Shown: in pieces, positions 63,967 through 64,000 of the stretch
Numbering within the stretch: position 1 is the first letter of the stretch
Layout: the number at the start of each line of letters is the position of its first letter
Assembly (NCBI GenBank): GCA_963828255.1
Contig: CAWHDZ010000003.1
Span: 32,001 to 96,000 of the forward strand
DNA from: an uncultured delta proteobacterium
GTDB lineage: Bacteria > Myxococcota > Myxococcia > Myxococcales > Anaeromyxobacteraceae
Direction: 5' to 3'
DNA length: 64,000 nucleotides
Notes under the pieces: generated by a model
Seen by the model: the letters and a program-made list of their open reading frames with translations, nothing else
Told to the model about the DNA's origin: nothing
Databases searched by the model: none
Position numbers and translations under genes: made by a program

Positions 63967-64000
63967 TCGGGACCAAGGGGTCGCAGGTTCAAATCCTGTC
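63966..64000 (+). repeat. attR: duplicated 3' half of tRNA-Pro(CGG), truncated by window end
   Basis: TTCGGGACCAAGGGGTCGCAGGTTCAAATCCTGTC identical to 55548..55582. Confidence 0.95.

Larger units (their letters stand above)
55548..64000. mobile_element. ~8.4-kb tRNA-Pro-integrated element (IME/satellite-like)
   Basis: 35-bp identical direct repeat 55548..55582 = 63966..64000 flanking int, xis, rep/relaxase, TA pair and cargo. Confidence 0.92.

Noticed and set aside
55548..64000. Prophage call
   Set aside because: No terminase, capsid, tail or lysis genes between the att repeats

Overview
Very GC-rich bacterial chromosome segment whose gene content points to Myxococcota, probably Anaeromyxobacter-like (MXAN_5187-type, TIGR02266 PilZ, TIGR04552, AgmK/AgmX-like genes). 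Most of it is core genome: amidase 3' end, rph, rdgB, a five-tRNA cluster plus tRNA-Leu, tig-clpP-clpX...lon, nadA, PBP1A, pal-cpoB, ffh, kdd and pepP. The main accessory feature is an ~8.4-kb integrative element inserted in tRNA-Pro(CGG), with the tRNA 3' half repeated at the window end. It encodes a tyrosine integrase, Xis, a Replic_Relax-type protein, an RHH protein, a VapBC-like pair, a candidate origin hairpin and modA-tauE-modB-modC cargo. Its att site lies inside the integrase ORF, so excision would swap a 31-aa tail for a 108-aa tail. A second unusual module is a stand-alone four-helix-bundle (Avd/IVS-like) gene preceded by an RBS-sequestering structured leader and a hexamer-repeat pseudo-hairpin. 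Also noted: a diverged duplicated gene 3' end flanking a 2-gene insert, a probable lon tail frameshift, a ZU5-like lipoprotein with an HFS motif, and a RelA/SpoT-like gene behind motility genes. All calls come from reading the sequence; no searches were run.
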